Assembly (NCBI RefSeq): GCF_018350175.1
Contig: NC_058368.1
Coordinates: 116,436,001 to 116,500,000 of the forward strand
DNA length: 64,000 nt
Source: Felis catus
Taxonomy: Eukaryota
Reading direction: 5' to 3'
A program made the translations under genes and the position numbers. The notes beneath the pieces are model-generated. The model ran no database searches. It was not told the origin of the DNA and saw only the letters and a list, made by a program, of their open reading frames with translations. Below, piece by piece: positions 57,036-64,000 of this stretch (the stretch's first letter is position 1; the number at the start of each line of letters is the position of its first letter).

Positions 57036-58535
57036 TCAAGCACTCTTTCTTAAACATAACTACAATATCATACTTATCATACACAATACCATTCCTAAAA
57101 AAACACTAGAGATTTTTTTATATCCTCAAAGATCCAGGTCAGCATTCCAATTTCTTCCAGTGTAGGTAAATCAATGTGGCTCACAAAGAGTCACTTCTGA
57201 TTTGGAGAATAAGGGGTTTCTCGGGTGTTAGAGAAAACAACACTCCAGGGAAAAGAGTGGAAACTCTTGACTCAGGGTGTGAGGAAAGGAACTGATGTCT
57301 GTTTGTTTCCAGATAAGGGCACAGGAACAAAAGAGGAAGCTACAGAGAGACTGATTTTGGCTCAGAAATGGAAATCCTATGGCCTCAGTCCTACTCTTGC
57401 AGCAAAAATTCACCACACCACACCGGATATCCAACCTCATTGTGTATGTAGAAGTGGATCCCTTGCTTGTTATAATCCATCTCTTACTCCTTGTTACTTC
57501 CTTCTCTGTCTAGGGCGCATTTTTCAGCCACACCCTCATCAATGCAACTTGCTCAATCCTTGGGTCTCACTTGGGCTGCCCTGCGAAAGCGCTTCAAATT
57601 TTTCTCTGCCAGTTTTTAAGTTGTTGTTTGTTTATTGATTTTCAGAAGAAACTGTTTCATGTACAGCTGTAGATTCAGCCTATCAGTGGGAGAAGATGAA
57701 TTCAGGATCTACCCACATCACCATTTTGAACAAGAACTTCTACCCACCCCCAATTTTGAATAACTAAATCCTACTCCTAGGCTGCTGTACACTATCAGAT
57801 CGAAAAATACCACGTGCCTTGTGACTGGAACTCTGACGCATATTTTCTGGTCTCCAACCTCAGTTAGGCAAAAGTTTTTATTTGACCTTAGTGAAGAAAA
57901 ATGCTGATCAGTTTTTTTTTCTCACTTAGCTCATGGAAACATTAAAGCCCTCAGCTCACTCTTCCTGTTCATTTAATCAACTTTTTAGTGAAGATTAATG
58001 GAGTGCCTATGTGCCAGGCACTGTTTTAGGGACTAGAGTTTCAGAAATAAACAAGATTGACACAATTGCTTCTCTCATGGAGTTTCCAACATAATACTAC
58101 TCAACAAACAAACAAGATATGAATAAAGATGATTTCCAGTTCAGGTTAAAGCTGTGAAGAAAATAACACAGGATGTTGTGATCAGGATGATGAGGCAGGA
58201 GGGGCTCCTTCAATCCTGAACTATGAGGTGCCTGCCATAGGAAGATCTGTATTACAGCTTCAATTTTATAGAAGTTCCACAGTCTCCTGTTACCGCCAGA
58301 GCATCTTTGTGTAGATACTCTGCCTCCCAGCCTGGGACTAGAAGTTGACTGTTTGTGTACTTACCCTAAGGCCAACCCTTCTACTCGTGAAATAGGTACC
58401 AGTCCATTTTTTACTTATTCAAGGACCTTCCTTCAGCAAGACTCCATTCTTTCTCCTGTATCATCAAGTTTTCCCTCTCTACTGAATTATTCCCATCTGC
58501 ATATAACCATGCTATTCTCCTATCTTAAAAACCAA

Positions 58536-58929
58536 TGAACATAACATCATACTCAATAGTGAAAGACTGAAAACTTACCCTCTAAGATCAGGATCAAGAC
58601 AAGGATGCCCACTTTTGTCACTTCTATTTAACATAGTGGAATCCTAGCTAAAGAAATTAGGGAGGAAAAAGAAATGAAAGGCAACCAAACTGGAAAGGAA
58701 GAAGTAAAATTATCTCTGTTCACAGATGGCATGGTCTTATACATAGAAAATCATAAAGATTCCACACACACGGGGCACCTGGGTGGCTTAGTTGGTTAAG
58801 TGTCCAACTTTGGCTCACGTCATGATCTCATATTCCATGAGTTTGAGCTCTGTGTTGGCCTCTGTACTGACAGTTCAGAGCCTGAAGCCTGCTTTGGATT
58901 GTGTCTCCCTCTCTCTCTGCGCCTCCCCT

Positions 58930-58965
<36 letters not shown>

Positions 58966-59920
58966 AAAAATAAATAAACATTAAAATTTTTGAAAAAACA
59001 AGGTTCCATACATACAAAAAAAACTGTTAAAATAAACAAAGTCAGCAAAGTTTCAGGATACAAAATCAACATACAAAATCCAATGAGTTTGTATACACTA
59101 CTNNNNNNNNNNNNNNNNNNNNNNNNNNNNNNNNNNNNNNNNNNNNNNNNNNNNNNNNNNNNNNNNNNNNNNNNNNNNNNNNNNNNNNNNNNNNNNNNNN
59201 NNNNNNNNNNNNNNNNNNNNNNNNNNNNNNNNNNNNNNNNNNNNNNNNNNNNNNNNNNNNNNNNNNNNNNNNNTGGATTAGAAGATTTTAAATTATTAAA
59301 GTATCAACACTCATCAAAGCAATCTACACATTTAATGCAATTTCCATCAAAATTCAGGAGCATTTTATGCAGAAATTAAAAAATCCACCCTAAAATTCAT
59401 ATGGAATCTCCAGAGACCCCAAATAGACAAAACAATCTTGAAAAAGAAGAACAAAGGAGATGCCTGGGTGGCTTGGTCAGTTAAGCCTTCCACTCTTGAT
59501 TTCAGCTCAGGTCATGATGTCACGGTTAATGGGTTCGAGCCCTGTATTAGGCTCTGGGCTGACGGTGTGGAGCCTGCTTGGGATTCTCTCTTTCTCCCTC
59601 TCTCTCTGCCCCTCCCCCCAATCAAACGCGTGCATACACATGCATACATTCTCTCTTTCCCTAAATAAATAAATAAACTTAAAAAAAAACACATTGATTT
59701 CAAAACTTACTACAAACGTACAGTAATCACAACAGTGTAGTATTGACATAAACACGGATATATCGACCAATAGAATAGAGAGCCCAGAAATAAAAATCTC
59801 ACGTTTATGGTCAAAGGATTTGGATGAGAGAGCCTAGACCATTCGACGGGGAAAGGACAGACTTTTAAATAATGCTACTGAGAAAACCGTATACCCACAT
59901 GCAAAAGAACGAAGTTACCT
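58536..59920 (+). mobile_element. L1 ORF2 (reverse transcriptase region) fragment with CAN-SINEs at 58772-58990 and 59457-59690
   Basis: aagacaaggatgcccacttttgtcacttctatttaacatagt and aaattatctctgttcacagatggcatggtcttatacatagaaaa (degenerate LFADDMILY region); frame disrupted. Confidence 0.88.
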
Positions 59921-59996
59921 TAAACATATGTTTACCTTATGTAAACATATGTTAGGTAAACATACCTTAGGTAAACATATGTTACCTTAAACATAT
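59914..59996. repeat. Short palindromic/direct repeat cluster of (G)TAAACATATGTT units
   Basis: Perfect palindrome TAAACATATGTTTA at 59921-59934; direct repeat gttaccttaaacatat at 59914 and 59981. Confidence 0.85.
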
Positions 59997-62900
59997 ATAC
60001 CTCTACTGCTACCACCCTGATCCAGCCACCATCTGGTTTTTCTTAAACAACTTTATATTAAGATATAATTCAGAATACATAAAATTCACCCTTTTAAAGT
60101 CTCCATGTCATTGGTCTTTAGTATATTCCTACAGTTGTGCAGCCATCATTACTAATTTTAGATTTTCACCACCCACAAAAGAAATCCAGTACCCCATTCA
60201 AGTTCACTACCCATTTCCCATCCCAGCCACCACCCTAGTCCTAAGCAACAACATAACTGTTTCTATCTACCATCATTTCTTGACCGGGTTATTAATATAG
60301 CTTCCTAACTGGTTTTCTAATTTGCCCCCTACAGATATTCTCAATGTAGCACCCAGAATGACTCTTTTAAAATATAAACCACATTATGTTACTCTCTGCT
60401 CAAAATCCTCCCGTGGGTCTCTATTTCACCGAAAATAAAAGCCAAAGCTTTCCAGTGGCCTATAAACCTTAAAAAAGTGTGGACCCTCATCTCACTGATG
60501 TCATCTCCTATATCTTCCAGAGCCTGTGTAGTGGATGATTCCTCTTTCCGGAATGTGTTTCCACCAGGTAACTGCAAGGCTCACTCTCTCACCTCTCTCA
60601 CATCTTTGCTCAAAAGCCACATTCTAGTTATGTCTTGCAATGTTTAATACTCACCCCCAATACTCTCCCCATTTTGTCCCTGCTCTATTTTTTTCAACAG
60701 CATTTATCTTCTAATACACTATAGACCTTACTCTCCCCGCTGCAATGTAAGCACTTTATGAACAGGGACCTCTGCTGCTCTGTTCACTGATGTATCCTCA
60801 GCACTTGCAAGTGTTTGCCATGTGGTGGAAACTCACTAAACGAGTCTTGTTGAACAACGGAATAAACAAATGACCAGAGCATTCCGGACAGAGGGAAGAC
60901 CCAGTGTGAAAGGAAAGAATGCCAGAGTGGAGTGGCTACAATATGTTGAGGGGAGGGGACAGAGACAAAGATAGGGAAGGAAGCTAGGAGACTGCTGACC
61001 ACTCTGTCCCTGTGCCCCCACCTGAAAAGTTCAGAATTCTCTTCTTACATCTCTGTCTCCTTTAAGGCCCCCCCCCCCTTCCTGCTTCCTAAAATGTTGA
61101 CTGATGTTTTCGGAGTTTCCCTTCCCAGCAGTCTCCCTTCTTGCTCTATCCCCTCCAGGGCTCAGGGAGCTTTTCCATGGCTATCACTTCACAGTGATAG
61201 CACATGGCTAGCACTTCTGCAGTGCATTGCTCCTCAATTCTTGCATCCAGTCCAAACTCATCTTGTCAGACCTAAACCCCAAAAACCTACTAGCTACTGG
61301 ATTTCTCCACAGGGAGTTCCCTAAAGCACTTCAAGCTCTGAAGTGCCCTTCCCCCAATCTTCTTTTTCTTTCAAATTTCCATCCCCTTGAGAAACCCTAC
61401 ATCACCTAAACCGGAAATCTGAGTCATCCCATCTTCACTCACATTCAGGCATCCTGGGACCCATCAGTTCTGTTTCTTTCAGAGCTCCTGGAGCCATCCT
61501 TCCCCCACATCCCCATGTCTACTGCTGTCCCGGTCAGGTCCTCACTCTTTCTCACCTGGACTCGTTCAAAAACCTCCTCAGTGCTCCCTTAGAATCTGCT
61601 AATCCATCCTCCACGTGGTCACCTGTGGGCTTTTTCAAACACATGCCTGCTTCCATTAACTGTCCACTAAAAACCCATTAATAACTCCTCACACCCTGCA
61701 GGATTACCTCTATGTCCCTTCCTGACAGGCTTTTAGTTATATTATCTCTCTTCTGCCCAGAGGAGAGAGATGGCTCCTAAGCTTAATTAGAGCAAAAGCT
61801 AAAGTTCTTACTATGTTCTATATTTCCGGTGCTTCTCCAACTCCCTTTGGCAAGGGACCAAGTTTCTTTTTTAAAGTTGCAATCCATTGTGGATGATACT
61901 TTTATAAAATACAATTGAAACGTTGCTGCAATGTGAAATTTTATTAAAGTTTCTAAACATTCATTCTGGACTTTCTTAAAATTTATCTTGCCTCAGATGA
62001 TATTTTGAGTAACATGGCTTTACAAGGCCCTACATAATCTGGCCCTGCTGTTCTGTAATGTTTTCTCTTACTGTTCTTCCCTTCCACCCCTGCTCATCCT
62101 GCTTCCCCCACATTGGCCTCCTTGCTGTTTCCTATAACATTCCAAAGCCCTCAGGATCTTTGTGCTTGCCATTGTCTCTACCTGAAATGCCATTCCGGAA
62201 GCTATCCTTAAGCTCACTTTCCCAATTCACTCATGAGTTTGTTCAACTATCCCTTACCAGAGAGGCCTTCCTAACAATCCCATATAACATATCAATCCTC
62301 AATGCTCTCTCCTCTTTCTCTTCACAGCACTTATCTTACTTTGATATATTATATGTTTATTGTCTTCCCCTCACCCCCACCATCCAACTAGAATCTGGAC
62401 TCCGTAAGAACCAGAACTTCTTTATGATTTCTGCTGTATCCACAGGGTTTAGCATTGTGCCTGGCACATAATTAGCACTTGAATGGATGAATGTCTCCAG
62501 CTTCCATCACCATGATCTCCAGCCCTACGTAATCAGTTATAATTCCCAGATCTGGCCATTATACTTTCAGGTTTCTGAGCCTTTTGAAGTGCCATTTTTG
62601 CCTGGGAATGTCCTTCCTGAGGAAACACCTCTCAAGAGCTGGGTTAAATGTCTCCTTTTCTGTACAGCCTTCCACAGAACCACCCTTCCCTCATATAGTT
62701 GATCCCTCCCACTCACTGAATCATAACTATCTTTTCTGTGTACATCTCCCTTATTGGATTGAGAACTCCCTGAGGACATGGATGTTTTGGATTCATCTTT
62801 GTATACCAGGATCCTAATGGGGCCTGAGGTTGAGCAGGGGCTCCATAATTTTGATGAAGAGTTCTCAAAGCTATTCAAATGAAAGGAGTTGCTTCAAGTG

Positions 62901-64000
62901 GTTAGTTCTCTGAGACAAGAAATGTTCCAAGAGGCTGGATGAAGTCCCTTGGGGACACTCCAGGGGGCCTCCTGACTGGGGGTGGGGGGGGGAGGTTTAT
63001 TTATCTGTCCCCATGATTCTCTGCATCTGTGGTCTGGTAACCTGTGTAACTCTCCCACCAATGTTACTTTGCATCCTTCATCCCTACCTGTGTGGCTCTA
63101 GATACTAGAGGGAAGCAGATCAGTGGGTTGTGGTTATTTATATCCCCCTCCCTTCCTTCTCCCAGCTCCTCTGTGAGGCAAGTGTATAGCTCTCTGATGG
63201 ATGTGGCTGCCTCCTCGATGTACAGAAGAGACTCCTAGAAGGAACAATATGTCTTGGTCGATGCCCTGGGTCTCTGAAATAATGTGGTTTGGAGGGCACA
63301 TGTGGTTAATTGCCCTGTGAAAGGTCTAAGAGGCTGTGAAGGGTCTAAGCTGTTATCCTATTTGCAATTCAAAGATCCAGCCAGCAAAAAAAAAAAACAA
63401 AAAAACAAAAAACAAAAAAACAGCCAGAAACAATTATACACACATTTACTAACATAATGATCAGATCTCTGGTTCAGACACAGAATGTTTAATGACAGCA
63501 TCTTGCAACAGTCCTCTGTGCCCAAATTCCCCAATGACACAGTGGAAGCCAAAATACCTGTGTGTGCCAAGGGGCTTTACACAGCAGAAGAGAAACCCTG
63601 GAATTATGAAACCCAGAGCTTATGTAGGACAGGTGGCATAGCTGTCCCTTCTCCCGGGAGGGTGGGAGAGATAAAGAGAGAGAGAATAAGTAAGTGGCTC
63701 CGGTTTTATTGCCATTGACAGGGGGAGAAGCTGGCTCTTGGAAAGTGCACCACAGAGGAAACGTGCTGTAACTTGCTAGGCACGTTTCTCACTCAGATAT
63801 CCTTTAACTCAGGTGCCAGTAATCTCTTCAGAAAGCTGGATTGCACCGAAACCTCTGTTTCTCACACACAGCCTAGACAGGCAATATTCCCTTCCCCTTG
63901 CACCCTTGAAGTTCTATTCTTAGGATGAAGAAAGTCTAAATATATCCAGCTCTGTGCCTAGCACATCACAACACCCAGTACACACATCTGTTGAGTAAAT

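Noticed and set aside
60000-64000. Possible exons of a further gene (e.g. CD14) at the window end
   Set aside because: No leucine-rich-repeat ORF or phase-consistent exon chain found; the sequence looks like old L2/MIR/L1 debris and unique intergenic DNA.

Overview
Eukaryotic, mammalian genomic DNA. The very abundant tRNA-derived CAN-SINEs (SINEC_Fc-like) point to a cat-family/feliform carnivoran, and several N gaps interrupt the assembly. The window is the gene-dense segment syntenic with human 5q31.3. In order: the 3' half of ANKHD1 (+), the ANKHD1-EIF4EBP3 read-through bridging exon, EIF4EBP3 (+), SRA1 (-), APBB3/FE65L2 (-), a bidirectional CpG promoter, and SLC35A4 (+) with its spliced 103-aa uORF microprotein. 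The ORF track misses the most notable feature: a phase-consistent 16-exon, stop-free reading frame on the minus strand (51251..39613, 595 aa). It encodes an N-terminal kinesin-motor-like fold whose P-loop, switch I and switch II motifs are all degenerate, followed by a coiled-coil tail, i.e. a candidate pseudo-kinesin. From memory it is probably the orthologue of the uncharacterised mouse gene E230025N22Rik; this needs checking. Beyond about 51.5 kb the sequence is repeat-rich and apparently intergenic, with an inverted L1 duplication. All exon coordinates were derived by hand from GT-AG boundaries and reading-frame continuity. Comparisons with human proteins are from memory; no database search was run.
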